Below, piece by piece: positions 22,629 to 37,062 of a DNA stretch of 49,818 bases; position 1 is the first letter of the stretch, and each line of letters opens with the position of its first letter. The notes under the pieces are model-generated. The model ran no database searches. It was not told the DNA's origin and was given only the letters and a program-made list of their open reading frames with translations. This stretch comes from Brevibacterium luteolum. Its GTDB lineage: Bacteria; Actinomycetota; Actinomycetes; Actinomycetales; Brevibacteriaceae. Where the stretch lies: contig NZ_JABEMC010000003.1 in assembly GCF_013004595.1 (NCBI RefSeq), positions 372,001-421,818 on the forward strand. Direction: 5' to 3'. Position numbers and translations under genes: made by a program.

Positions 22629-22667
22629 GCCAAGCGCGCTGAGATGGCCGTCTGCTGACGGATGCGA

Positions 22668-22710
22668 AAACGGTGTGGGGCCGCGGATATCCGCCGGCCC
22701 CACACCGTTT
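22668..22710. terminator. Bidirectional intrinsic terminator between pgi and secG
   Basis: AAACGGTGTGGGGCCG...CGGCCCCACACCGTTT inverted repeat with A/T flanks. Confidence 0.85.
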
Positions 22711-22723
22711 GTCTGTCTTGTCC

Positions 22724-22972
22724 TCAGCCCTGGAAGCGGACCATGAGTCCGAGCAGCACGATCGAGGACACCCACACGATGGCCACGAGCGTGGTGAAGC
22801 GGTTGAGGTTGCGCTCAGCGACACCTGACGATCCGAGGTTCGAGCTCATGCCGCCGCCGAACATGTCCGACATGCCGCCGCCCTTGCCCTTGTGCAGGAG
22901 GATGAGCAGGGTGAGGAACACGCTGGTGAGCACAAGAATGCTCGTCAATGTCCAGGTGAGGATGGAGTCCAC
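22724..22972 (-). CDS. secG: Preprotein translocase subunit SecG
   Basis: ILLHKGKGGGMSDMFGGG, AERNLNRFT, two TM helices; start moved to GTG 22972. Confidence 0.94.
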   Translation of the reverse strand: MDSILTWTLTSILVLTSVFLTLLILLHKGKGGGMSDMFGGGMSSNLGSSGVAERNLNRFTTLVAIVWVSSIVLLGLMVRFQG

Positions 22973-23019
22973 AGTTGTCTGCCTTTGCGTACGTTGAGGA
23001 AAAGATGCTGTCAGAGAGT

Positions 23020-23808
23020 CTACTGCGACGAAGCCGCGTGGCACAAAGAGGCGAAGCTCTCCGGGTCGAGGCTCGCTCCGCCGACGAGTGCGCCGTCGAC
23101 ATCGTCATGGGCGACGATCTCAGCGACGTTCTCCGTCTTGACACTGCCGCCGTAGAGCAGCCGGACAGTGCCGGCGAATCCGGCATCGTAGAGCTCTTCG
23201 AGCCGGGAGCGGATCGCCGAGCACATCTCTGCAGCGTCACCGGCGGTGGCCGTCTCCCCAGTGCCGATCGCCCACACAGGCTCGTAGGCGATGACGAGAC
23301 CGGAGAGCTCATCTGCGCTCAGCCCGTCGAGAGCCTTCTCCACCTGGCCGAGGGTGAACTGAACGTGCTCGCCGGCCTGACGGGTCTCCAGAGACTCGCC
23401 GACGCACAGGATCGGGGTGAGCTCGTGCCGCAGCGCTGCGCGCAGCTTCGAGGCGACGACCTCATCGGTTTCGCTGTGGTAGGCCCGGCGCTCGCTGTGC
23501 CCGACGATGACGTACGTGCAGCGCAACCGGTTGAGGAACGCCCCGGACACCTCACCGGTGTAGGCGCCTTCATCGTGGGCTGAGAGATCCTGCCCGCCGT
23601 AGGCGATCGGCAGCTTGTCGCCCTGGATGAGGGTTTGCACCGACCGGATGTCGGTGAATGGCGGCAGCACCGCCACCTCGGCCTTCTCGATGTCGACGCG
23701 GTGGTCCTTGAGCGACCAGGCGAGCTTCTGCACCGTGGAGATCGCCTGCAGGTGGTCGAGGTTCATCTTCCAGTTCCCGGCCAGCAGCAGGGTGCGAGTC
23801 GTGCTCAT
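23020..23808 (-). CDS. tpiA: Triosephosphate isomerase
   Basis: [30 protein letters not shown]. Confidence 0.97.
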   Translation of the reverse strand: MSTTRTLLLAGNWKMNLDHLQAISTVQKLAWSLKDHRVDIEKAEVAVLPPFTDIRSVQTLIQGDKLPIAYGGQDLSAHDEGAYTGEVSGAFLNRLRCTYVIVGHSERRAYHSETDEVVASKLRAALRHELTPILCVGESLETRQAGEHVQFTLGQVEKALDGLSADELSGLVIAYEPVWAIGTGETATAGDAAEMCSAIRSRLEELYDAGFAGTVRLLYGGSVKTENVAEIVAHDDVDGALVGGASLDPESFASLCHAASSQ

Positions 23809-23819
23809 CGTTCCTCTAT

Positions 23820-25043
23820 TCAATCGGCGAGTACGTCAAGGCCGGGCAGCGTCTTGCCTTCGAGGTATTCGAGGCTGGCGCCGCCGCCGGTGGAGATGTG
23901 GCCGAACTGGTCGTCGGCGAATCCGAGGCTGCGCACTGCGGCTGCGGAGTCGCCACCGCCGACGACGGTGAGCCGGCCCTCAGCCTGTCCGCCGTGCTGG
24001 TCGGTCAGGGCTTCGGCGACTGCCCGGGTGCCGGCTGCGAAGGCAGGGAACTCGAAGACGCCCATCGGGCCGTTCCAGAACACGGTCTTGGCTGCCGCGA
24101 TCCGCTCAGCGTAGGTCCGTGCGGTCTCCGGTCCGATGTCGAGGCCGATGCCGTCGGCTCCGGCCGGGGTGGATTCGAGGGCATCGCTGCTGACGGTCCA
24201 GTGCTCGGCATCGGCGGCGAAGGAGGAGGCCATGACGATGTCGGTGGGCAGCAGGATCTCGACGCCGCGCTCCTCGGCAGCGGCGAGGTAGCCCTTGACA
24301 GTGTCGAGCTGGTCTTCCTCAAGCAGGCTGGAGCCGATGGCGTGTCCCTGGGCCTTGAGGAAGGTGAAGAGCATTCCGCCGCCGATGATGAGGGTGTCGG
24401 CGCGCTCGAGCAGGCTGGCGATGACGCCGAGCTTGTCGGAGACCTTCGATCCGCCGAGCACGACGACGTAGGGGCGGGCCGGATCGTGCAGGAGCCGGTC
24501 GCACACCTCGACTTCGGCGGCGACGAGACCACCGGCCATGTGCGGCAGACGCTGGGCGATGTCGTAGACGCTGGCCTGCTTGCGGTGCACGACACCGAAG
24601 CCGTCGGAGACATAGACGTCGGCGAGAGCTGCGAGCTCATCGGCGAATGCGCCACGCTCGGCATCGTCCTTGGAGGTCTCGCCGGCGTTGAATCGGAGGT
24701 TCTCCAGCAGCAGGATCTGGCCGTCTTCCAGTGCGGCAGCCTTGGTCTTGGCGTCCTCACCGACGGTGTCGGAGGCGAACTGCACCTCGCGGCCGACGGC
24801 TTCGGACAGGGCGGCGACGACAGGCTTGAGCGAGTACTTCTCCTCAGGGGTGCCCTTCGGGCGGCCGAGGTGGGCCATGACGATGACCTTGGCGCCGGCT
24901 TCGGCGAGGCTGCGCAGCGTCGGTGCTGAGGCGACGATGCGGCCGGTGTCGGTGATCGTCGTGCCGTCCATCGGGACGTTGAGGTCGCTGCGGACGAGCA
25001 CCCGCTTGCCGGCCAGCTCGGCCGGCTGCTCCAGTTTCTTCAC
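23820..25043 (-). CDS. pgk: Phosphoglycerate kinase
   Basis: [41 protein letters not shown]. Confidence 0.97.
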   Translation of the reverse strand: MKKLEQPAELAGKRVLVRSDLNVPMDGTTITDTGRIVASAPTLRSLAEAGAKVIVMAHLGRPKGTPEEKYSLKPVVAALSEAVGREVQFASDTVGEDAKTKAAALEDGQILLLENLRFNAGETSKDDAERGAFADELAALADVYVSDGFGVVHRKQASVYDIAQRLPHMAGGLVAAEVEVCDRLLHDPARPYVVVLGGSKVSDKLGVIASLLERADTLIIGGGMLFTFLKAQGHAIGSSLLEEDQLDTVKGYLAAAEERGVEILLPTDIVMASSFAADAEHWTVSSDALESTPAGADGIGLDIGPETARTYAERIAAAKTVFWNGPMGVFEFPAFAAGTRAVAEALTDQHGGQAEGRLTVVGGGDSAAAVRSLGFADDQFGHISTGGGASLEYLEGKTLPGLDVLAD

Positions 25044-25070
25044 TGTCGTACCTTTCCTATGACTGTGCCC

Positions 25071-25098
25071 CGCCCGGCGGTCGCTGAGCCGCCGGGCG
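25071..25098 (-). terminator. GC-rich hairpin between gap and pgk (partial terminator or mRNA stabiliser)
   Basis: 10-bp stem CGCCCGGCGG/CCGCCGGGCG, no U-tract. Confidence 0.5.
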
Positions 25099-25118
25099 AG
25101 GCGCGATGCTGGTGTGGT

Positions 25119-26165
<1,047 letters not shown>

Positions 26166-26231
26166 CTAGTCACGCTTCATGCGCCTCTGCAGGCTCAGCG
26201 GGGCGTGGATGTGAAGTTCACATGAACTGTG

Positions 26232-27215
26232 TCAGGCATCCTCAAGCATGTCCGGCGTCAGGCTCGATTCGGTGTTGGGCACGCCGAGCTCATCAGCCTT
26301 CTTATCGGCGGTGGCGAGCAGTCGGCGGATCCGCCCGGCGATCGCGTCCTTGGTCATCGGCGGGTCGGCCTGCTGGCCGAGCTCCTCCAGCGACGCCTGC
26401 TTGTGCTTGAGCCGCAGCTCGCCGGCGTACTTGAGGTGCTCGGGAATCTCGTCGCCGAGGATCTGGAAGGCACGTTCGACGCGTGCGCCCGAGGCGACCG
26501 CCGCTCGGGCCGACCGGCGCAGGTTGGCGTCGTCGAAGTTCGCCAGCCGGTTGGCGGTGGCGCGCACTTCCCGGCGCATCCGCCGCTCCTCCCACACCAG
26601 GCGGGTGGCCTCGGCACCCATGTTCGTCAGCAGGTCGCCGACCGCCTCGCCATCGCGGATGACGACCCGGTCGACCCCGCGCACCTCGCGGGCCTTGGCG
26701 GAGATGCCGAGGCGGCGGGCCGAACCGACGAGCGCGAGTGCCGCCTCGGGTCCGGGGCAGGTGATTTCCAGAGCTGCCGAACGTCCTGGTTCGGTCAGGG
26801 ATCCGTGGGCGAGGAACGCGCCGCGCCAGGCGGCCTGCGCATCGGCCAGCGAGCCGTTGACGATCGCCGAGGGCAGTCCGCGCACCGGGCGCAGGCGCCC
26901 GTCGATGAGCCCGGTCTGGCGGGCCAGGGCGGCTCCGTCGTTGGCGACGCGGACGAGGTAGCGGCTGCCGCGCCGGATGCCGGAGGCGCCGATGACGACG
27001 ACGTCGGCGGTGTGGCCGAAGAGCGACTTGATCTCTGCGCGCAGACGGCGGGCGACGATGTTGGTGTCGACCTCAGCTTCGATGACGATGGAGCCGGCGA
27101 CGAGGTGTAGGGCGTTGGTGAAGCGCAGGATCGCCGACACCTCGGCCTTGCGGGCCGAGATGCGGGTGATGGCCACCCGCGCGAGCTCATCCTTGACCTG
27201 TGCTGTCAGTGCCAT
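26232..27215 (-). CDS. whiA: DNA-binding protein WhiA
   Basis: [54 protein letters not shown]; start moved to ATG 27215. Confidence 0.96.
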   Translation of the reverse strand: MALTAQVKDELARVAITRISARKAEVSAILRFTNALHLVAGSIVIEAEVDTNIVARRLRAEIKSLFGHTADVVVIGASGIRRGSRYLVRVANDGAALARQTGLIDGRLRPVRGLPSAIVNGSLADAQAAWRGAFLAHGSLTEPGRSAALEITCPGPEAALALVGSARRLGISAKAREVRGVDRVVIRDGEAVGDLLTNMGAEATRLVWEERRMRREVRATANRLANFDDANLRRSARAAVASGARVERAFQILGDEIPEHLKYAGELRLKHKQASLEELGQQADPPMTKDAIAGRIRRLLATADKKADELGVPNTESSLTPDMLEDA

Positions 27216-27247
27216 TGCGTCGAGTCCTTTCGATTGTCCACCGCTGC

Positions 27248-28321
27248 TCACCACTGTTCGTCGACGGTGATGCCAGCGTCAAGCAGCACGTCGCGATAGC
27301 AGGCGGCGAGCTTGAGGCTGTCGTGCTGGCTCTGCTTGCGTCCGCGCAGCGACCGGGCCCACAGCCGCGCCGCGAAGAGGCGCTGTGCTTTGGCTTCGAG
27401 TTCCGGTTCGGCCCGGGCGGCGTCCTCGTCGACGAGAACATAGTCGAAGCGCAGCCGCGGGGCGTGCGAGTGCAGTGATTCGAGGTGATCGCACAGGCTC
27501 AGATCGCGGGTCTCGGCCTTCGCACCGGGCAGGTTGAGGGTCAGGGTGCGCAGTGCATCTGAGGCGAAGATCGCCTCAGCGAGATCCGGGACGAGCAGGT
27601 GGGGCATGACGGAGGTGTACCAGGAGCCGGGACCGAGGTTGAGGATCTCGGCTGCCCGCACGGCGTCGATCGTCTCTGCGCGGGCGGGCGGGTTGTGCGG
27701 CACGAGCCGCACTTCGCGCAGGTGCCCGTCCGTTGCCGCCAGGGCCGACTGACCCTGCACCACCTCGGGCGCGGCATCGGGGGCGAACTGGACGTCGCCT
27801 TCGATACGCAGCGGCAGCGACGACATCGGCAGCACGCGGCCGTGGGCGCGCAGCAGGCGCGCCATCCAGTCGAGGCCTTCGACGTGGTCTCCGAGGAGCT
27901 GCCAGAGAGCGGAGATGAGGAGGTTGCCGACCGAGTGGTCGTGCAGCGGGCCGTCGGAGGAGAACCGGCTCTGGATGACATCGCGCCACACCCGGCCCCA
28001 TTCGCCGTCGTCGCACAGCGCGGCCAGTGCCATGCGCAGGTCACCGGGCGGCAGGCCGCCGAGCTCTTGGCGCAGGCGACCGGACGAACCGCCGTCGTCG
28101 GCCACGGTGACGACGGCGGTGAGGTTCTCCGTCAGCAGCCGGAAAGCGCGCAGCGCAGCGTAGAGCCCGTGGCCGCCGCCGAAGGAGACGACCTGTGGGC
28201 CGCCGGTGCTGCGCCGCTGGCGCGCGGCCATGACGAACGGCAGCTCTTCGGTGTGGAGGCGGTGGGCGCTGGGGCTGTAGCTGCTCGGGTCGGGACGTGA
28301 GAATCCTATGTGCTGACTCAT
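27248..28321 (-). CDS. yvcK: YvcK/CuvA/GlmR family UDP-GlcNAc-binding protein
   Basis: [35 protein letters not shown]; between rapZ and whiA. Confidence 0.93.
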   Translation of the reverse strand: MSQHIGFSRPDPSSYSPSAHRLHTEELPFVMAARQRRSTGGPQVVSFGGGHGLYAALRAFRLLTENLTAVVTVADDGGSSGRLRQELGGLPPGDLRMALAALCDDGEWGRVWRDVIQSRFSSDGPLHDHSVGNLLISALWQLLGDHVEGLDWMARLLRAHGRVLPMSSLPLRIEGDVQFAPDAAPEVVQGQSALAATDGHLREVRLVPHNPPARAETIDAVRAAEILNLGPGSWYTSVMPHLLVPDLAEAIFASDALRTLTLNLPGAKAETRDLSLCDHLESLHSHAPRLRFDYVLVDEDAARAEPELEAKAQRLFAARLWARSLRGRKQSQHDSLKLAACYRDVLLDAGITVDEQW

Positions 28322-29227
28322 CTACTCGCGTCCCAGGTCGCGGTGGCGCACGGTCACCGATGCGGTCGTGCGCTCGGCCAGCCGGCGGCCGAGTTCCTCG
28401 CTCATGGCCACGGAGCGGTGCTTGCCGCCGGTGCAGCCGAGGGCGATCGTCATATGCGATCGATTCTCGTGTTCATAGCCTTCGATGACGACGTCGAGCG
28501 CGCCGAGGTAGCGGTCGACGAAGGCGAGGGCGCCGTTCTGCGAGAGCACGTAGTCGCGCACAGGTGCGTCGGTGCCGTTCTGGCCGCGCAGCTGCGGAAT
28601 CCAGTAGGGGTTGGGCAGGAAGCGAACGTCGGCCATGAAATCGGCGTCGACGGGCACGCCGTATTTGAATCCGAAGCTCTGCACGGTGATCCGCAGCTGG
28701 TTGCTGTCGCTGCCGCTGAGCAGGGAGTGGACGTTGGCACGCAGCTGGTGGACGTTGAGGTCGCTGGTGTCGATGAGGATGTCTGACTGGTCGCGCAGCG
28801 GGGCGAGGGCCTTGCGCTCTTCGGTGATGCCGTCGATGAGGGTGCCCTCGCCCTGCAGCGGGTGGGGGCGGCGGACGGATTCGAAGCGGCGCACGAGGGC
28901 GTCGTCGTTGGCGTCGAGGAACAGCACCTTGATGTTGAGGCCCTGCGAGCGGTAGGCGCTGAGCGTCTGGTTGAGCTCGGAGAACATCTGGCGGGTGCGC
29001 ACATTGGTGACGACGGCGACCTTCGGCAGCGATCCGTCGGCGCGGGCGACGAGTTCGACCAGCGGCGGGATCATCTGCAGCGGCAGGTTGTCGACGACAT
29101 ACCAGTCCATGTCCTCAAGGGCGTTGGCCGCCGTCGAACGGCCGGCTCCGGACATTCCGGTCAGCAGCAGCACCTCGACGTCGTCGCCGGTGCCCTCGAT
29201 GGCAACCGGTGATGAGGCGTCAGTCAT
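28322..29227 (-). CDS. rapZ: RapZ/YvcJ family P-loop nucleotide-binding protein
   Basis: TGMSGAGRS, VDNLP, SFGFKYGVP, DVRFLPNPYW, GCTGGKHRSV; start moved to ATG 29227. Confidence 0.95.
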   Translation of the reverse strand: MTDASSPVAIEGTGDDVEVLLLTGMSGAGRSTAANALEDMDWYVVDNLPLQMIPPLVELVARADGSLPKVAVVTNVRTRQMFSELNQTLSAYRSQGLNIKVLFLDANDDALVRRFESVRRPHPLQGEGTLIDGITEERKALAPLRDQSDILIDTSDLNVHQLRANVHSLLSGSDSNQLRITVQSFGFKYGVPVDADFMADVRFLPNPYWIPQLRGQNGTDAPVRDYVLSQNGALAFVDRYLGALDVVIEGYEHENRSHMTIALGCTGGKHRSVAMSEELGRRLAERTTASVTVRHRDLGRE

Positions 29228-31136
29228 CGGCAGTCCCTTCTGCAGTGGTCTCATCTGCCTCAACAGTATCGGATTCTACTTCCGGGCTCAGTGTCCGGTG
29301 GATCTTCTCCGCCAGGGCAGGACCGATGCCTGGGGCAGCGGTGAGATCGTCGACCGCGGCGGCCCGGATCCGCTTAACGGAGCCGAAGTGCTTAAGCAGC
29401 GCCTTCTGCTTGGCCGCCCCGAGCCCGGGGATGCCGTCGAGGGCCGATGAGCGCTGGGCTCGGGTGCGCTTCTGCTGGTGGTAGCGGATGGCGAAGCGGT
29501 GGGCCTCGTCGCGGATGCGCTGGAGCATGAAGAGGCCCTCCGAGCCACGCGGGAGGATGACCGGGAACTCATCACCGGGCACCCACACCTCTTCGAGTCG
29601 CTTCGCCAGGCCGACGACGGAGATGTCGGTGATGCCGAGATCATTCAGCGCCTGCACGGCGGCGTTGACCTGCGGCAGCGCACCGTCGACGACGAGCAGG
29701 CTGGGCCGGTAGCCGAATCGCTCGTCGGGTTCGTCCTCGACGAGGCTCTCGAGGTAGCGGGAGAAGCGCCGGGAGACGACGTCGTACATCGCCGAGGTGT
29801 CGTCCCGCGCGGCATCACCGCTGATGGAGAACCGCCGGTAGTCGCGTTTCTTGGCCAGGCCGTCTTCGAATACGACGAGCGAGCCGACGACGTTCTGACC
29901 CGACATGTGGGAGTTGTCGATGCATTCGATGCGCAGCGGCGGCTCCGGCAGGTTCAGCGCCTGCTGGATCTCGCTCAGCGCTTCGCTGCGGGTGGTGAGG
30001 TCGGAGGCACGCTGCATCTTGTGCCGCATGAGCGCCTGCTCGGCGTTCTTGTGCACGGTGTCGAGCACAGCTTTCTTCTCCCCGCGCTGCGGGACCCGCA
30101 GTTCGACTTTCGTTCCGCGCTGCTCGCTCAGCCAGGTCGTGGCGAGCTCGACGTCGCTGGGCAGGGTGTCGAGCAGGATCTCCTTGGGGATCGCGTCGGC
30201 ATCCATGCCGCTGTAAGCCTGTCGCAGGTAGTCGAGTGTCAGCTCCGCAGGCGTGAGGTCCTGGAGGCGTTCGATGATCCAGCCGCGCTGGCCGCGGATG
30301 CGGCCGCCGCGCACATGGAACACCTGCACCGAGGCCTCCAGCTCCTCGACGACCATGGAGAAGACGTCGACGTCGACATTCTGCGACAGCACCACGGCGC
30401 TCTTGTCGAGGACCTTCTCAAGCGCCTGGATCTCGTCACGCAGCTCGGCAGCGCGCTCGTAGTCGAGGTTCTGTGCGGCGTCGGCCATCTCGCGCTGTCG
30501 GCTGGAGATGAACTGACCGGTGTTGCCCCGCATGAAGTCGGCGATGTTGCGGGCCAGCTGCCTGTGCTCCTCCGGTGTCACCCGGCCGACGCAGGGGGCG
30601 GCGCATTTGTCGATGTAGCCGAGCAGGCAGGGTCGGTCGGTCTGCCGGGCACGGCGGAACACTCCGGCGGTGCAGGTGCGCACCGGCCAGGCTTTGAGCA
30701 GCAGGTCGAGGGTCTCCTTGATCGCCCACACCTGGGTGAAGGGACCGAAGTAGGTGACGCCCTTCTTGCGGCTGCCGCGGGTGACGAAGGCGCGCGGGTA
30801 TTCGTCCTGCATCGTGATCGCCAGGTACGGATACGACTTGTCGTCGCGGAACATGACGTTGAATCGCGGGCGGAACTCCCGGATCCACGTCCATTCCAGC
30901 TGCAACGCCTCGACTTCGTTGTTGACGACGGTCCAGTCGACCGAGGCTGCGGTGTGGACCATCGTGAAGGTCCGCTGCATAAGCGCGGCTGGGTTGCTGA
31001 AGTACGAGTTGAGCCTGGCGCGTAGGTTCTTCGCCTTGCCGACGTAGATGACCCGCCGGTCGGCGTCGCGGAAGCGGTAGACGCCGGGCTGGGTGGGGAT
31101 CTCACCTGTCGCCGGGCGGTACTTGCTCGGATCCAC
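29220..31136 (-). CDS. uvrC: Excinuclease ABC subunit C
   Basis: GIY-YIG (PGVYRF...IYVGKAKNLR), RIECIDNSH, DEAHRFAI, C-terminal HhH. Confidence 0.97.
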   Translation of the reverse strand: MDPSKYRPATGEIPTQPGVYRFRDADRRVIYVGKAKNLRARLNSYFSNPAALMQRTFTMVHTAASVDWTVVNNEVEALQLEWTWIREFRPRFNVMFRDDKSYPYLAITMQDEYPRAFVTRGSRKKGVTYFGPFTQVWAIKETLDLLLKAWPVRTCTAGVFRRARQTDRPCLLGYIDKCAAPCVGRVTPEEHRQLARNIADFMRGNTGQFISSRQREMADAAQNLDYERAAELRDEIQALEKVLDKSAVVLSQNVDVDVFSMVVEELEASVQVFHVRGGRIRGQRGWIIERLQDLTPAELTLDYLRQAYSGMDADAIPKEILLDTLPSDVELATTWLSEQRGTKVELRVPQRGEKKAVLDTVHKNAEQALMRHKMQRASDLTTRSEALSEIQQALNLPEPPLRIECIDNSHMSGQNVVGSLVVFEDGLAKKRDYRRFSISGDAARDDTSAMYDVVSRRFSRYLESLVEDEPDERFGYRPSLLVVDGALPQVNAAVQALNDLGITDISVVGLAKRLEEVWVPGDEFPVILPRGSEGLFMLQRIRDEAHRFAIRYHQQKRTRAQRSSALDGIPGLGAAKQKALLKHFGSVKRIRAAAVDDLTAAPGIGPALAEKIHRTLSPEVESDTVEADETTAEGTADD

Positions 31137-31138
31137 GG

Positions 31139-34021
<2,883 letters not shown>

Positions 34022-34028
34022 AGTGTGT

Positions 34029-34050
34029 ACTTTAGTTCCCTTCACTGACA
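34029..34050 (-). promoter_or_regulatory. RecA-NDp / PafBC-type DNA-damage promoter of uvrA
   Basis: Minus strand TGTCAGTG-aagggaac-TAAAGT, then 7 nt to the GTG; fits TGTCRGTG-N8-TANNNT. Confidence 0.8.
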
Positions 34051-34059
34051 TCGGTGATT

Positions 34060-36588
34060 TCAGCGCATCGGGCCGACGTCGAGGATCTCGACGACGACTT
34101 CGCCGGCGCTGTCGCTGGCGGCCACGTCGACGCGGGCGGTGATCGCCCAGTCGCGGTCGCCGTCGGGGTCGGCGAGGATCTGCCGGACTCTCCACTCCTC
34201 CTCGCCTTCGGTGATCTGCACATAGGCAGAACTCCGGGCGTCGCCATCGATGCGCAGATCGCCGTACTCCTCGTAGAAGTCCTCGATCGCGTTCTCCCAC
34301 GCCTTGGCATCCCAGCCGGAGTCAGCGTCGAGTTCGCCGAGGTGGTCGTAGGCGGCGCGTTCGGCCAGCAGCACCCGGTGGAACATCGTATTGCGGATCA
34401 GCGAGGTGAACCGTCTGCGGTCGGAGCTGAGCGTCTGTGCGGCGGCCGGCAGCAGCGCCGGTTCGTCCTCGTCTCCCCCGCCCGCGGTGCGCAGGGCTTC
34501 CCATTCCTCGACGAGGCTGGAGTCGACGCGGGCGATGAGCTCGCCGAGCCAGTCGATGATCTCCTGCAGGCGCTCGTCGACGGCGTCGGCGGGCACGTTC
34601 TGCACGAGTGCCCGGTAGACGTCCATGAGGTAGCGCAGCAGTCCGCCTTCGACCCGGGCGAGCCGGTAGTAGGCGACGAACTGCGAGAAGTTCATCGACT
34701 GCTCGATCATGTCGGCGACGACCGCCTTGGGTTCGAGCCCGACCTCGCGCACCCAGGGCGAGGTCTCGGCATAGGCGTCGAAGGCGGTTTCGAGGATCTC
34801 GGCGTTGGGCTGCGGGTAGGTCAGCTCGTCGAGGATCGCCATCCGCTCGGTGTAGTCGACGCCGTCGGCCTTGAGCGCAGCGAGCTCCTCCTGTTTGATC
34901 CGGTCGAGCTGGCCCTTGAGGATCGTGAAGTGCACCGGGGTGGTCGCCTCGATGATCGAGAGCACGTTGAGCGCCCAGCCGTCGCCGTCGCGGTCGAACA
35001 GGTCGAGGGCGGCCAGCGCGAACGGCGAGAGCGGCTGGTTGAGTGCGAAGTGGGGGCCGAGGTCGCGCTGCAGGACGTAGCGCACCTCCGGTTCGCCGTC
35101 CGGTCCCGAGGCGTCGGTGACCTCCCGGCGGATGACGTCCGAGCGCAGCAGCGCGCGCCCGATCTTGAGCGCTTTGAGGTACAGGTCGATCTTCGCCGCG
35201 GCTGTCTCGTGGGTGGCGTCGATGAACCGGCGGATCGTGTGCACGCCGCTGCCGGGCCTGGAGAGCAGGTTGAGGATCGTGGCATGGTTGAGCTGCATGT
35301 GGGAGCGCAGCTCTTCGGGCTGGCCGGTCGTGAGCTGGTCGAAGGTCTCTTTGGACCAGCCGACGAAACCGGTCGGCGGCTGCTGCTTGCGGACCTTGCG
35401 CCGCTTCTTCGAATCGTCGCCGGCTTTGGCGAGGGCCTTCTGGTTCTCGATGACGTGTTCGGGGGCCTGCGCGACGACGTAGCCGACGGAGTCGTAGCCG
35501 GCCCGCCCGGCACGCCCGGCGATCTGCTGGAACTCGCGCACCGTCAGCCGGCGCATGCGCCGGCCGTCGAATTTCGCCAGCCCGGTCAGCAGCACAGTGC
35601 GGATGGGCACGTTGATGCCGACGCCGAGGGTGTCGGTGCCGGAGATGATGCGCAGCAGCCCGGCGCCGGCGAGCTGTTCGACGAGCCGGCGGTAGCGGGG
35701 CAGCATGCCGGCGTGGTGAACGCCGATGCCGTGGCTGAGCAGGCGCTTGAGGATCTGCCCGAACCCTTTGGAGAAGCGGAAGCCTTTGATCTCTGCGGCG
35801 ATCGCCTCCCGCTCCTCACGTGAGCACAGGTTGGCGCTGACGATGTTGCCGGCCAGGGTCACGGCCTGGGCCTGGGCGAAGGAGACGATGTAGACCGGTG
35901 CACGGTCCTTGGAGATGAGCTGGCGCAGCGTTTCATGCAGCGGCTCCTCCGAGTACCTGTACTCCAGCGGCACCGGACGGGTCGCCGATGTCACGAGGGT
36001 GACGTCGCGGCCGGTGAGTTCGCTGAGGTCTGCGCTGATGTGGGACATGTCGCCGAGCGTGGCGGACATGAACACGAACTGGGTCTGCGGCATCTCCAGC
36101 AGCGGCACCTGCCAGGCCCAGCCGCGCTGCGGGTCGCCGAAGTAATGGAACTCGTCCATGACGACGAGTTCGACGTCGAGTTCGGCGCCTTCGCGCAGCG
36201 CCTGGTTGGCCAGGATCTCAGCGGTCGCGCAGATAATCGGGGCATCGGAGTTGACCGAGGAGTCACCGGTGATCATGCCGACGTTCTCGGCTCCCAGTGC
36301 GGCGGTGAGGTCGAAGAACTTCTCACTCACCAGTGCCTTGATCGGGGCGGTGTAGTAGGCGCGGCGGCCGGTGTTGAGGGCGGCGAAGAGCGAAGCGAGG
36401 GCGACCATCGACTTGCCGGAGCCGGTCGGTGTCGCGACGATCGTGTGGTCGCCGGTGAGGACGGAGAGGATGGCCTCTTCCTGTACCTCGTAAAGTTCGA
36501 TTCCCTGCTCAGCGGCGTAATCGGAGAAGGCTGAGAACAGAGTGTCCGGGTCGGCGTGGTCACTCGGTATCTCAGGCAGCGTCGGCAC
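34060..36588 (-). CDS. DEAD/DEAH-box SF2 (Ski2-like) helicase, probably with a C-terminal DUF3516
   Basis: [42 protein letters not shown] before GTG 36588. Confidence 0.9.
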   Translation of the reverse strand: MPTLPEIPSDHADPDTLFSAFSDYAAEQGIELYEVQEEAILSVLTGDHTIVATPTGSGKSMVALASLFAALNTGRRAYYTAPIKALVSEKFFDLTAALGAENVGMITGDSSVNSDAPIICATAEILANQALREGAELDVELVVMDEFHYFGDPQRGWAWQVPLLEMPQTQFVFMSATLGDMSHISADLSELTGRDVTLVTSATRPVPLEYRYSEEPLHETLRQLISKDRAPVYIVSFAQAQAVTLAGNIVSANLCSREEREAIAAEIKGFRFSKGFGQILKRLLSHGIGVHHAGMLPRYRRLVEQLAGAGLLRIISGTDTLGVGINVPIRTVLLTGLAKFDGRRMRRLTVREFQQIAGRAGRAGYDSVGYVVAQAPEHVIENQKALAKAGDDSKKRRKVRKQQPPTGFVGWSKETFDQLTTGQPEELRSHMQLNHATILNLLSRPGSGVHTIRRFIDATHETAAAKIDLYLKALKIGRALLRSDVIRREVTDASGPDGEPEVRYVLQRDLGPHFALNQPLSPFALAALDLFDRDGDGWALNVLSIIEATTPVHFTILKGQLDRIKQEELAALKADGVDYTERMAILDELTYPQPNAEILETAFDAYAETSPWVREVGLEPKAVVADMIEQSMNFSQFVAYYRLARVEGGLLRYLMDVYRALVQNVPADAVDERLQEIIDWLGELIARVDSSLVEEWEALRTAGGGDEDEPALLPAAAQTLSSDRRRFTSLIRNTMFHRVLLAERAAYDHLGELDADSGWDAKAWENAIEDFYEEYGDLRIDGDARSSAYVQITEGEEEWRVRQILADPDGDRDWAITARVDVAASDSAGEVVVEILDVGPMR

Positions 36589-36692
36589 GCATGTCTCCTC
36601 TGGGAGTGTGGGGAACGGTCTACCGTACACTCTAACCAGAGACCACCGCCGCCTTATTCCCGCACAGCGGGCCCGTCGAGCAAGGAGACCTG

Positions 36693-36980
36693 ATGGCCGT
36701 CTTCGCAGTCCAGTACACCTACAGCTCTGATACCGAAACCCGGATGCAGACCCGCCCGCAGCACCGGACGTGGCTCTCCCGCCTGTTCGACGAGAAGGTG
36801 ATCCTGGCTGCCGGCCCATTCGACGAGGAGCGTCCCGGTGCCCTGCTTCTCGTGCATGCCGAGTCGCAGGCGGCCGTCGAGGACGTCCTCACCCAGGATC
36901 CCTACGCCGAGGCGGGCGTCATCGAGGGTGTGGAGATCCGCCAGTGGACACCGGTCTTCGGACCGTGGGTGCAGGACTGA
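36693..36980 (+). CDS. YciI family protein
   Basis: R...RPQHR.WL, AAGPF, GALL, DPY...G; AAGGAG SD. Confidence 0.88.
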   Translation: MAVFAVQYTYSSDTETRMQTRPQHRTWLSRLFDEKVILAAGPFDEERPGALLLVHAESQAAVEDVLTQDPYAEAGVIEGVEIRQWTPVFGPWVQD

Positions 36981-36999
36981 TCCGTCCCGACACCTGAAT

Positions 37000-37042
37000 G
37001 CCGCAGGGCCAGCCGGTTGATCCGGCTGGCCCTGCGGCTTTT
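37000..37042. terminator. Intrinsic terminator between the convergent YciI and TerC genes
   Basis: 17-bp stem GCCGCAGGGCCAGCCGG/CCGGCTGGCCCTGCGGC followed by TTTT. Confidence 0.87.
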
Positions 37043-37062
37043 CGTCTGCGGTCAGAACGGTG

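Noticed and set aside
34022..34300. N-terminal extensions in the ORF track for uvrA (also uvrB to 41234, sufB to 11413, the peptidase from 3882, the helicase to 36819, the methyltransferase from 45964)
   Set aside because: They overlap neighbouring real genes or promoters; better starts have SD or -10 support
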